In this document: piece after piece, positions 40,301 through 51,750 of the stretch
Layout: every line of letters begins with the position of its first letter
Numbering within the stretch: the stretch's first letter is position 1
From: Phoronis australis
Taxonomy: Eukaryota > Animalia > Phoronida
DNA: 64,000 nucleotides
Reading direction: 5' to 3'
Assembly: GCA_002633005.1 (NCBI GenBank)
Contig: NMRA01000145.1
Span: 595,873-659,872, forward strand
Program-made: the position numbers and the translations under genes
Notes under the pieces: generated by a model
Seen by the model: the letters and a program-made list of their open reading frames with translations, nothing else
Told to the model about the DNA's origin: nothing
Database searches by the model: none

Positions 40301-40762
40301 GAGCACAATGGTGCTGCGGAGGACTTTGAGAATGAGCTTGAGAGGGCGCTGGAGACCTCCATAGAGACAATCGTCATAGAACCGACAAGGCTCGGTGACG
40401 AGACAGCCAAATGGATCACCGTGGGCAACTGTCTGCACAAGACTGCTGTTCTCACAGGACTTGGTACAGTGCTTAGCGAGGTGTGGCCACAAAATTCTTT
40501 AATCACGTTCCCTCTAGGATTTACCAGTGTAGTCTGTGCCGCAGTGTACGCAGTATCCTGGCAGTTTGACCCATGCTGTAAATACCAAGTAGAGAACGAC
40601 GTCAAGAACTTACAGCGGCTACCGCTGCATAATTTAGCATCCAGCTCCCCCGTGGTGCTGGTGAGAAAGGACGACAAGAGGCGGAAGATACTGCATAATA
40701 CCATAGCTGTTGTATCTGGTGCGATATGCTGTTACAAGCTGTACAACTGGTACCATTCCTAG
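37383..40762 (+). CDS. TMEM11: Transmembrane protein 11, mitochondrial; join(37383-37408, 40258-40762), 176 aa
   Basis: Exon 1 MAKSGGEQ-CG|gtaaga joins in phase 2 to ttttag|G-GAT-GTG. Exon 2 has FENELERALE, IVIEPTRLGDETAKWITVGNCLHKTAVL, SWQFDPCCKYQVE and PVVLVRKDDKRRKILHNTIA, which are characteristic of TMEM11/PMI. Two-exon structure as in vertebrates. Confidence 0.93.
37860..38049. mobile_element. hAT-type MITE in the TMEM11 intron
   Basis: Inverted ends tagtgctgtagtgg / ccactacggcgctg; 8-bp flanks ttggaagc / taggaagc (one mismatch). Confidence 0.7.
38832..39400 (+). mobile_element. tRNA-derived SINE (family B) interrupted by a MITE
   Basis: A box tggctcagtag at 38844; B box ggttcgaatcc at 39294; the two are separated by the insertion; 3' end approximate. 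Confidence 0.65.
38887..39290. mobile_element. Harbinger-type MITE, 404 bp
   Basis: About 40-bp imperfect TIRs gcccggtctc..aatcttt.tactcgaaa; CTG duplicated at 38884-38886 and 39291-39293. Confidence 0.8.
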
Positions 40763-42593
40763 AACGCGGGTGGTGCTTAGTGTATGTTGCGCAGCAGGGT
40801 GTGATTGCGTTTGTGTTTTAGCATTTTGTATTCTGAAAGCCGAACTGGTGACAGCGAAAAGTTTTGCTGCGAACGTCTGGTGTCATTCTTAAAACCGGGG
40901 AATGTCTGTTGCACACATAACATTTTTCTCTTCAGCATTATTCTAAGCATGCATTTGGTGCCTTCTGAGGTGACCACATTACCGAGTATTTTCGTATTAG
41001 TGTGCCAATAAGCAGTCCAAACCTCAATACATTTAGTGTGGTTTCAAGTTTTAACTGTTATTCATTCCTAGAAAATGTGTAAATGTGTAGGCAATTGTAA
41101 TGTTGGAATTTGATATGCAGAGAAGTGGCAAAGTTTATTTCAAAGATTTTAAATTATTAAAGCGGTGAACAGTAAGATGGTATTACATTCAGGGAAAAAC
41201 ATAATTATTCCGAAATGTGCTTCCCTTGTTTAAACAATTGTTTTCAGTGTCTATCACACTTAGCCAATATGGCTGCTGTTTGTCCTTTCTATCTGTTATC
41301 ATCTATTAGGGGTGTTGAAATATGGTAGAGACTCTGGTTTTCCATGATATACAGAAAATTGGTGGAATTCNTTAAAGATTCAACATTGACAGCTAAATAT
41401 AGGCAAAATGCATCTTTAATTACTCGTTCAACTGTGTTAATTATTATCCACAATAGCTTATAAGATGTTATTGCATGTTTTAGGGATGTGCAGCCCTCCA
41501 ACTTTGTGATAATTCGGGAAATTTACGAGCACAATGGTGCTGCGGAGGACTTTGAGAATGAGCTTGAGAGGGCGCTGGAGACCTCCATAGAGACAATCGT
41601 CATAGAACCGACAAGGCTCGGTGACGAGACAGCCAAATGGATCACCGTGGGCAACTGTCTGCACAAGACTGCTGTTCTCACAGGACTTGGTACAGTGCTT
41701 AGCGAGGTGTGGCCACAAAATTCTTTAATTACGTTCCCTCTAGGATTTACCAGTGTAGTCTGTGCCGCAGTGTACGCAGTATCCTGGCAGTTTGACCCAT
41801 GCTGTAAATACCAAGTAGAGAACGACGTCAAGAACTTACAGCGGCTACCGCTGCATAATTTAGCATCCAGCTCCCCCGTGGTGCTGGTGAGAAAGGACGA
41901 CAAGAGGCGGAAGATACTGCATAATACCATAGCTGTTGTGTCTGGTGCGATATGCTGTTACAAGCTGTACAACTGGTACCATTCCTAGAACGCGGGTGGT
42001 GCTTAGTGTATGTTGCGCAGCAGGGTGTGATTGCGTTTGTGTTTTAGCATTTTGTATTCTGAAAGCCGAACTGCTGACAGCGAAAAGTTTTGCTGCGAAC
42101 GTCTGGTGTCATTCTTAAAACCGGGGAATGTCTGTTGCACACATTACATTTTTCTCTTCAGCATTATTCTAAGCATGCGTTTGGTGCCTTCTGAGGTGAC
42201 CACATTACCGAGTATTTTCGTATTAGTGTGCCAATAAGCAGTCCAAACCTCAATACATTTAGTGTAGTTTCAGGTTTCAACTGTTATTCATTCCTAGAAA
42301 ATGTGTAAATGTGTAGGCAATTGTAATATTGGAATTTCATGTGAAGAGAAGTGGCAAGTATATTTCAAAGATTTTAAATTATTAAAGCGGTGAACAGTAA
42401 GATGGTATTACATTCAGGGAAAAACATAATTATTCCAAAATGTGCTTCCCTTGTTTAAACAATTGTTTTCAGTGTCTATCACACTTAGCCAATATGGCTG
42501 CTGTTTGTCCTTTCTATCTGTTATCATCTATTAGGGGTGTTGAAATATGGTAGAGACTGGTTTTCCATGATATACAGAAAATTGGTGGAATTC
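40146..42593. repeat. Tandem ~1.2-kb duplication split by the N at 41371, containing TMEM11 exon 2
   Basis: 40146-41370 matches 41372-42593. Confidence 0.92.
41484..41988 (+). CDS. TMEM11: Second copy of TMEM11 exon 2 (probable allelic assembly duplicate)
   Basis: Identical protein in the ORF track; offset 1226 nt across the N at 41371; no own exon 1. Confidence 0.6.
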
Positions 42594-44669
42594 AAAGAAT
42601 TGGATTTCTTTCATGAAATTAGGAGTTCTGACCACAACTACATTGACTTCACGTTCTGTGTGAAGGTGTGCTGTGTTTGTTCTGGTTTATGCGAGTTGAG
42701 AAAGGATCTACACTGCATGCTGCAAGTTCAAGTCATCTATAAAACAATTTTTAATGCTATAAAAACAATTGACTTGAAAATAGATTACAAACCAATGGTT
42801 AGTTACGTATAAATAGTGAAATGAATTTTCTAATAAAACAAAACGGAAAAAGCAATTTCAGGTTTTAAATTTGCTAAAATTGATATTTCTGTTTTTAAAA
42901 ACCAGTGTGTCTCAGTTAATAATAGTATGATGCAAGGCTCTTATTAATTATATTTATTTATTGTGTTTTGTGTAATGTTATGAGTTTACAAAGAATATTT
43001 GACCTTTGTGTCTGTGTTCAAATCAATGCTATCTATTAATTTCCATTTTTTCTCTGCCATGCATCAGAGCTTCATTGAAACTTGTTTAGGTAGTGAAGCT
43101 GAGAGGATACTCAAACGCAATGGAAGCTTGGGCAGATTTCGGCAAGGTTTGGTATTTGTGAGAGAACAGTTAAGATTACAAAAACGGTGAGAATGGTGGA
43201 TGCTTGTGTATTGAAAGACGTCATTAATTCAAGCAGCTGTAAATCCACCTTCCATCAGGAAGACAGACTTTTAGTGTGATCCACGTATCGTTACTATTAC
43301 GAAATTGGTCTCAAATTGTTCCTTTTGTTAATTAAGGTGTAATTGCATTGCTTCAAAAAACTGAAAATTGGTCATGGCGTGACATTTTTCACACTCAGCA
43401 TGGCCTCAAGGAATAATGAACTGATGGGTCTTTGCAAAACTCAGAAATCAAAAATTGAGACCAATTTTATAGTGGAAAGTGGTCTGAACTCTGAATCAAA
43501 AGTTCGGTTCTTGGAAGGAAGTCAGGTTTATATTCATTCTAACTTCATGTAAGAAAAACCATATACACCCACTTCTTTCAATTTAGTTTAGGCTCAGGAG
43601 TGGGCATCACAAGAACTGTTAGTTCACTTGCCCATAATCCCATGACATGTGATCTGTGATTGCTATATGTTCATGAATGATTTTATAATGAGGTTGACCA
43701 TATTCAAGAATGCATAAATTTGAATTTATACGACCAAGTACTAGTCATTCAAGATTACATGGATGGCAAAGATGCAAGTCAAATTTAATTGCAATTGCCA
43801 TTTCAATGAAACAGAATGACAAAATGATGGACTACCACTGGTCACCTGTTGGTATATTCTGTGAGGAACTCTTGACCTCCAAAAAACTCCGTATCCTACC
43901 ACTAGGGGAAATTGCAGGGAAACAATAAGTCTCATTATTTTGCATCATCTCCAATTTTGTGGTTTTTGCTGGGTTAACTGAAACAAGATGTGAAATTCTA
44001 AGTAACAAATGTTAGTTCAGAATGTGAATTTCAAAGTTTGGGCATCAATGGCATTCTTTGACCAATACTGTGATGTATGTGTTGATGTACCTTAGGTAAT
44101 CTAAAGTTGTTGAATAAAAATGTTGAAGAAGTGTAAATGGAGTTTTAACCTTGGGGCACATTAAGTGAAGGCTGTTGTATCATTCGAGTAGTAAAAGCCA
44201 GTGAAATGGTGTGCTTTAGTTGGTTATCTGCACCAACGACAGTCATTCACCTTATTATGCAGACTTTTCTATGCACCATTCAAAGGAGGCTGCCATTTAG
44301 TGAATACCCAGCTTGCCTCCATGGAGGTGCTGAGAACATTCAGTTATCTGTGTTAGGCACTAGCGAAAAGGGAGATAATTACTGCAGAGGGCGAATGGAA
44401 TAGTTTATAGTGAAAATGAATGCATAAGCTTCCTACCAAGTCTTACTCTATACTCCAAAAAGTGTTCATCTACTCAATAAGCTGGTAGTTAATTTCGGAT
44501 TTTTTTAATGTTTATTAGAAAAAATAAATTATACAATAATAAGAGTTAAGCCCAGAAAGCAGTAGAAAACATTGTACCTGGACATTAATTTTAGACCGAT
44601 GTATGTTACTCGTTTGCTTGCGTCTATTACAATTTGAACTGGCTGCTTGAAATAGAACTAAAATGAAGT

Positions 44670-44970
44670 GATCGCTGCAGACTGTATACCTATGCCTGTT
44701 GGCAGTGCTGCTGGAGATGATCGCTGCAGACTATATACCTATGCCTGTTGGCAGTGCTGCTGGAGATGATCGCTGCAGACTGTATGCCTATGCCTGTTGG
44801 CAGTGCTGCTGGAGATGATCGCTGCAGACTGTATACCTATGCCTGTTGGCAGTGCTGCTGGAGATGATCGCTGCAGACTGTATACCTATGCCTGTTGGCA
44901 GTGCTGCTGGAGATGACCGCTGCAGACTGTATACCTATGCCTGTTGGCAGTGCTACTGGAGATGACCGCA
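44670..44970. repeat. 49-bp minisatellite, about 6 copies
   Basis: gatcgctgcagactgtatacctatgcctgttggcagtgctgctggagat at 44670, 44719, 44768 and onward. Confidence 0.92.
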
Positions 44971-45270
44971 ATCCTACAATCCTTTGTGTCAGTGAAAGCT
45001 GATCAGCCATAGTTAATGTGCCCTAGGTATCTATGCTAATAATTATTTAACTAAATTCACCATTAAAAAACCCACAGTCGAATTCAAATTTCATCAGGTC
45101 TTAATTGCACATACACAGGCTATAAAGTATCCCTTTATAATAATAAAGCCATACTTAGGCAGAGTTCCGTAGATAAGAATTTCATCTTTGTTAAAAGAAC
45201 AGACACAGTATGTGCAATGTAGAAAAAATGCAACAATGACTAAATACTCTCCAGTAGTTCCTTGTCATTT

Positions 45271-45467
45271 CTATGAAGTCTTGGACTTTGTCGCCCTATT
45301 CTTCATTAAGTAAAAGAACAGCCACGGAGATAACGTCCTTAAGTAAATGGCGATTTTGTGTTTCAGCGACTCTAAAATCACTTCCTGTTTTCCGTATTCT
45401 ACAGCCGATAAGATCTGTTCTGCCACATACATGGGTGTCATGCCTCCGGCTGTTGTTGGATCCATCA
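45271..45467 (-). CDS. DHRS7B: DHRS7B last coding exon
   Basis: VMDPTTAGGMTPMYVAEQIL...YLRTLSPWLFFYLMKNRATKSKTS*. Confidence 0.92.
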
Positions 45468-48400
45468 CTGTAACGAAGGCAATGAAAAAATTCACTTCTA
45501 TTACGCTCAATTCCTAAAGTGAAAATCTATTAAGTACTGCAACTGCCCATGACTGTAGAAATAACTTCATTTAGACCTATGTGACATTACATATTAACAG
45601 AAGCAATCAACAGAAATTTCCTCAAAATGGGAAGATAACTTCAAAAAATCTGGACTTCTGTTAGTGATTTGGCAAAACTTAAGTCCTGTTCTCGGACGAT
45701 GTCGTGAAACTATAGTTATCTCCCAAGAAATTTAGGATTAACTGGGTCACGATCGGGCAAATACCCAACTCGATGGATGACCAGCCCCATTGACAATGAA
45801 TGGATAAGTTGTAGAGAGGCACGTTTGACAGTGAAAGAGTTTAGATATAAGCACATGAGCCTAAACACGTGCAAACAGGGTAAGGCATCTGAAGATTAAT
45901 ACCTCCATAAGCCGATCCATCCGATGAGAGTGCATTCACAGACAAACTAGTGGCAATATAGCCTGGAATGATGACACTGACGTTGACATTACTGTTGGCT
46001 ACCTCTGCTCTCAAACTGTCGCAAAACGCCAATGCTGCATGCTTGGACGCACTGTCTGAAACAAGAATGAATGGCACATTTAAATTGAAGGAACATGCTT
46101 AACTGACTGGAAATTTTGAGAATGGTGACGAAGAAGGAGATCGCTGCATTCAAAATCAAGACTGTACTTCATCATGAACATTCTCACTCTCTTTCCGAAG
46201 ATACATTTCGTAAACCAGGCTTCATTCAGAATGTATGATTTTTATAAACAACACAGTGGTTGCGTAACATGGTTGAACTAGGATCCCATTAGGGTCCTCT
46301 CAAAGTAGGTAGTCCACGTTTCAGCAGCTGTTTTCACCATTCTTTAAAGAACAAATCCCAGGGTTTGTGGCGTTTTGAGAGGTAGATATCTTACAGCGTC
46401 TGACTTGATTGGCTGCATAGATTTTCTAACTTCAAATTTTGTAAGTGTGACATATTTTGGTAAGTACTTCCACCATTTACAAGTTTCGTATTAAGCTGGT
46501 TAGCCCTGAGCAGTTTGTAAAACAACACCTGGTTTAATAATTCCTCACAATAATAAGCTCAATCACTACTCTTAAAGTCCATCCATTTATAGGTTAATTG
46601 CAGTTCACACTCAAATGCTCTCAGCAAGCTGTAGAAACCACCCGGTGCCTATCGGCAATCGGTCATTAATATATCTTCCACTGTTTACTTAAAATTATTT
46701 GTGGTTGGTAATTATGCTACTTTTCTCAGCATCGGAAAGTGCAAAGGTTGCACGGCCAGATCAAACACCTCAACCCTAAGGTACTCCGACTCTGCAGACA
46801 CCGTCAACGCTTGATCAAATGAACATGGAGCTACTCTGCATGTAACTGACATACTCATTCTAATTCTTTGCCATTAATTTTGTTGTTATCTTGTCCTCAC
46901 TCTGTATTGATAAGGTGCCCACAGGCGTATACCAAAAATTGTGGGTAGGCGGTACTTTTTCAGCAAGTTTTGCGGGATTCGTGCAGGTTCCAATAGGCCT
47001 CTAAATTTCCATTTCATTCCCATAAAAGGGGTGAGGCAGAAAAATCTACCCCGCAAAAGGGGTAGGAATTAGCAGACCTGGCACCCGCAACAGGGGATCT
47101 CTCAGCAAATTTTGGTACATCCCTGCTGGCACCTTATCAATATGCATGACCATTGGGCTTGCGTTGCATTCACGCAACATACCCTTGATCATCTGTGTCC
47201 AAGCAATCTACACCAGTTTAGGACCATTCAGTTATGAAGAATAGAAGATGAATGGAATCGAATGTATTAGCAAACGAACTCTCCAATCTATTTCATGTGA
47301 GCCTTACGTTTGCAGTTGTAGAGATTTTTACAATAAATCCATGTGAGGACATTTTAGTTTCAAACACTGGATTGTATTTTCACAGTCAGTAAGTTTTAAG
47401 CAACGCAGGTACTAATTTGAGCTACAATACATGTTACAAATTTCACTTCACTTTTTCATATGTCAATACTTTGTACATGCTTAAGTTTCAAAATGTGATG
47501 TTTCAATTCTTTGAGTGAACAATACAAGTGTAGCACTTCATTTCTAAGTTATGCAATGACAGAGTAACGCCATTCGGCATTCTAGCTCACAAGAAAGCAC
47601 TATGTCCACAAGAAAAGACTGCCAGTATGGTATGCTAAGAAGAAGTTTTATGTTGGATGTGCAGTTTACAGCAGGAATAAAAAACTTAAAACACTTACAA
47701 GGGGCTCTGTGAGGAATGGCCAGTTTGCCTTGAGTACTGCACACTTCAACAATACTGCCCTGTTGACGATCAACCATGCCTGGCAAAAAAGCTAAAAGGA
47801 AAAAACAAGATTCAGTGAATAAAAAAATGATAAATAACCACCGACTACAGAAGGCTGCATCTTTAAACACCCTGTGTCTCATAAACAATGAAAATTGCAA
47901 TGCAGTGCTTACTTATGGGCACACAACACACTAAAATGATAACTGGCTACCAAAAGAAAATTCATCCTAGAAATAAACGTGGAACAAAAAATAATCATTG
48001 AAACAAGCGTGGAACAAAAAATAATCATTGAAACGAGCGTGGAACAAAAAATAATCATTGAAACGAGCGTGGAACAAAAAATAATCATTGAAACAAGCGT
48101 GGAACAAAAAATAATCATTGAAACAAGCGTGGAACAAAAAATAATCATTGAAATGCTTTATACACTGTTCTCCAAAATGTTTTTATGTACTTTTTAAACT
48201 GCTCTACTTTGGCATTATGTGTTTCTAAAAATGCGACTTTTAGGAAAAAAAACAAAACTTGAATAAAACGAAAACGAAATGATAATTTAAAAAACTGTAA
48301 CAGCGTCTTTGAGGTCTTACATTTATATCAAACCAAATTTACCAATGTTTTTGATAACCGTTGTTGTCCTATGAGTGTACCTAAGTTTCTTTTTTGCTAT

Positions 48401-51400
48401 TAAAATTTTAATAAAAACAAAATAATGGTTACATAACCCAATTAATGGCAGATTGGTATTAGGTCAAAAAAAAATCTACGGGCCTTCAACTTTCAGAATA
48501 AATACACTATTTTTACTTTTTATAATTTATAGTTTTGAAGATATTTGGCTACATACAAATACTTGTCGATAAGGTAATATAAAAACTTAAGACCAGCAAA
48601 AGACGCAGTCAGAGTAATCCGCTTGAAAATGTCTTATGGAAATGCAGGAAATCCTATTTCAGAAAAATGAGACAATAATAACAAGCATGATACCTTTAGT
48701 CAACGCAGCATGACTCAGGTAGTTGACCTTGATGAGTTGTTCAAAGACATCCATTTGTGTGTCAAGGACACTACCACGGTTGGAGATCCCAGCATTATTG
48801 ATAAGAACATCAACTTGACCAAAGACTGTCGTAATCCTGTCTGCTTTGGTCTGAATGTCTGTGGTGTCTAACAAGTCAAGTTGAACTACCTCTGGAGTGT
48901 AAGTCTGGAAATCATTGTAGAAGAGGTTAAGAGGATTTGAAGCACAGACTTTGAAACACGAACAAAGAAATTGAAATAAGTTCATGCTCAACAATGTCAC
49001 TTTGAAATTAAAGAATGTTACAGTTTACTACTTAATAATATTCAGACTGCATTATAATAATTATTTAACTCTGGATAAAGAATAATTGTCAAATTTTCAA
49101 AACGTGCGGGAAAATTGCCGTGTGATGTACAACATCAGAGCAAGCAGTGTGGCCTGGTGGCATAAATGTCAGCTTCCTTCACTCAAGGTCGTGGGTTCGA
49201 GTCCTACTGGGTCACACTGCTAGACCCTTGAGTCAGGTTTCTAGCTCCTCAGCTCGGTTTCAACTAATAGTATTATATTTTAAAAGCACAAAAATGGTTC
49301 CAAATGATGAGTGCAATGGGACCACGTTGTGTGCAAAAAGTACCAGACTGTATGCAATTATTTTTTAAACTACAAATCATTCAAACAGTGTACCATTAAG
49401 TAATCAAATAAAATCATGGTGTTTCCTGTCATCCAGATAATGAGGCGTCTTGGTGGGACATTCTAGCTTCCCTGATGGTGAATGATGGCATGACGACATG
49501 GAACTCTAGGACTTTTTATTCAATTAGTTTTGGTGTGTACTATATTTATTTGAAAGTTTCTCACATTCTGTTCTTAAAACATAATGTTAACTGATTTACT
49601 CCAAAATGCCCGTTGCCCTCCGTCCAAATTATAGCTATTTATTTTCGGTCACGCAAGTAAAAAATAAATAGCTGCAGGCTGTCTGGTACACATTGTGCCA
49701 GGCCACTCAGGTGGGCCATTGCACTGATCACCTGGAACCACTTTATGATTTATTGGTACGTAGCTAAAACTGAGCTGCGGAGCTAGGGACATGACTCAAG
49801 GGTCTAGCCCCATTGAGACTCCAACCCACGACCCTGAGTAAAGGAAATGGACACTTATCCCACCAGGCCACACTGCCTCCTCTTTATACACCCAAGTCAA
49901 AGGTCAGAGTTCACAATTCACACATACCTTTTGTGATTGAGAGAGTTTTGTTTTCACTAAATCGGCTTTTACCCTCTCCAGTTCATTCAGCCTCCTGGCA
50001 CATAAAACGATTTGAGCTCCAGCTCTGTAGAATACATGTGCACATGCTAAAAAATAAATCATAACATTGATTAATTTCAATAAACTAGTGATATACCCAT
50101 ACAGATGAGTTAAACAGCATTAGAGCTTTCATAAATGCTTTTGAAAATTTACATCATTTTGTATTTTCTTAAATTAAACAGTGTTGTGACAACATGTTAG
50201 AGCCATTTTACAAAGAACATGGCCACTGGCAGAAAACACATCGGTCGTGAAGTAACTAGGCGTCTGGACTGCTAAAGGAAAAAACTGATGCTGGAAGGAG
50301 ACAACTAACAGTTGAGGTAATTAAACACTGGTTTCAGTTCAGTTAAATAGTAGTCCTTCCCGTAATAGTGGTATAACGTGCCCAAATTTTGAGAACCAGT
50401 TTTCTCCACTGAATAACCGGCATAACTGGTTCTCACTCAAGTTTTGGGTATGTTTTATTCCATTATTGAAATCCTTCAAACAAGAAATTTTAGTAAGTGA
50501 CAAGAACGAAACTTCAGATAGCCCATTTCTTGTAATTGTACACAACTTTATCTTTGAAGAAGGCATGTGCACATAAATCGGGACTAATAATAATTTATGT
50601 AATAAGAAATTCCAGAGTTTTGAAATATACAACTTCAGACCACTTTCTCTTTATTTAATTTTAGCCATGCAAGGACAACTGCAATCTCAGGGTTGAGTTC
50701 CATAGAATGAAAGACATAAATTTGCACTTGCAGAGAAAATCTTCTCTTATGGAAAGGAAAACATTGCATTCAATCCCATAATTCAACAGTCCCAACCTCA
50801 CTGACCAATCACATCAATGGTGGTTATTTTGCCAGGATACGCTAGTAAGCTCCCAGGCATACTTGCGAAAAAAAATCACTTTTCACTCGGTTGATTTTAC
50901 AAACTCTTGCAAGATCTTGCTTTTCTCGCACTAGCTCTATGTAATGCCCTCCAGGCCATTTTGCACAAAAAGCATTAAATGGACATACATCATACATGAA
51001 CCACTGGGTTGCACAGAAAAAGTGTCCTAAAACAAAAACCTTTCTTCTACGGAAAAAATTTGCTGCCTAGCTAAGTAATCAGCCAATAACCTTGTGAATT
51101 TTACAAATGTGACTCCATACTTAAAACAGATTTTCTTTGAAATGCAAATTACTGAATCAGAATATTAATATCCAGGGCCCTTGTTCAGCCAAGGGGAAAG
51201 GTGCTTGTGCCTTCTAAGAGAGGAGCATTTTTAGGAGAATTGTACCTCCCGATTACTATAAATAGCACCCCCACCCTGTTGCAAGACCTCATATGCTCTG
51301 CCTCAAATAATACCTTTGAACTACCAAAGTAGACACACTTCAGAGAAAAGATTGTGGTAGTCCCATAGAAGTTTAAGGACACAGATGTAACTTTTTGTTT

Positions 51401-51750
51401 AGAAAACGGACAATCACCACACAAATGAAAAAGTTCATGTTAACATGGACTTTTTTATTTGAGCAGCCATTGTCCATTTTCTAATCGTACTATGGCCAAA
51501 AATGATGTAATTAAATTATTTATTTCTATTTCATGTACTCCGAGTTAACAAGCCTACACCCATGATAAATCCACCTTTGATGACCAATAAAGTACAAACC
51601 TTCACCTACACCAGAACTTGCACCAGTTATCACCACAACCTTTCCATGTAAATCAACCACTTTCCTGGTGAGTACTTTCCTCAGGATATTCAACATGACA
51701 TACACTACAACTGGAACTGAGAAACCAGCAAGAAGGGATGATACTTGCAT
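45271..51750 (-). CDS. DHRS7B: Dehydrogenase/reductase SDR family member 7B; join(51600-51750, 49928-50046, 48694-48904, 47699-47791, 45903-46055, 45271-45467), 307 aa
   Basis: N-terminal hydrophobic anchor, TGASSGVG Rossmann motif, DVLINNAG, STQGKLAIPHRAP-YSASKHA (YxxxK split by an intron), PGYIAT, DGSAYGVMD, YLRTLSP. All junctions are GT-AG and in phase. An in-frame TAG lies just upstream of the ATG. Confidence 0.92.
45903..46055 (-). CDS. DHRS7B: DHRS7B coding exon 5
   Basis: YSASKHAALAFCDSLRAEV...PGYIATSLSVNALSSDGSAYG. Confidence 0.92.
46907..47140. mobile_element. MITE with TA flanks (Tc1/mariner-like) in a DHRS7B intron
   Basis: TIRs ttgataaggtgcc...taccaaaa / ttttggta...ggcaccttatcaa, TA on both sides. 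Confidence 0.72.
47699..47791 (-). CDS. DHRS7B: DHRS7B coding exon 4
   Basis: AFLPGMVDRQQGSIVEVCSTQGKLAIPHRAP. Confidence 0.9.
47977..48153. repeat. 30-bp minisatellite, about 6 copies
   Basis: cgtggaacaaaaaataatcattgaaac(a/g)ag repeated; intronic. Confidence 0.92.
48694..48904 (-). CDS. DHRS7B: DHRS7B coding exon 3
   Basis: TYTPEVVQLDL...VDVLINNAGISNRG...VNYLSHAALTK. Confidence 0.92.
49138..49335 (+). mobile_element. tRNA-derived SINE (family A)
   Basis: tggcctggtgg A box, ggttcgagtcc B box, shared body. Confidence 0.8.
49684..49882 (-). mobile_element. tRNA-derived SINE (family A)
   Basis: Same orientation as, and collinear with, the copy at 2271-2487. Confidence 0.8.
49928..50046 (-). 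CDS. DHRS7B: DHRS7B coding exon 2
   Basis: ACAHVFYRAGAQIVLCARRLNELERVKADLVKTKLSQSQK; phase 1 to 0. Confidence 0.9.
51600..51750 (-). CDS. DHRS7B: DHRS7B coding exon 1
   Basis: MQVSSLL...GKVVVITGASSGVGE; acceptor at 51778 implies an upstream UTR exon. Confidence 0.9.

Noticed and set aside
40297-40704. Antisense 135-aa ORF (and its copy at 41523-41930)
   Set aside because: Shadow frame of TMEM11 exon 2 with no independent support
44670-44970. CRISPR-like array (also considered for 26236-26390, 47977-48153 and 24341-24555)
   Set aside because: Units are head-to-tail with no unique spacers, there are no cas genes, and the context is eukaryotic
47909-48197. Repetitive ORFs MIIFCSTLVS / EQKIIIETSV
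   Set aside because: By-products of a 30-bp intronic minisatellite
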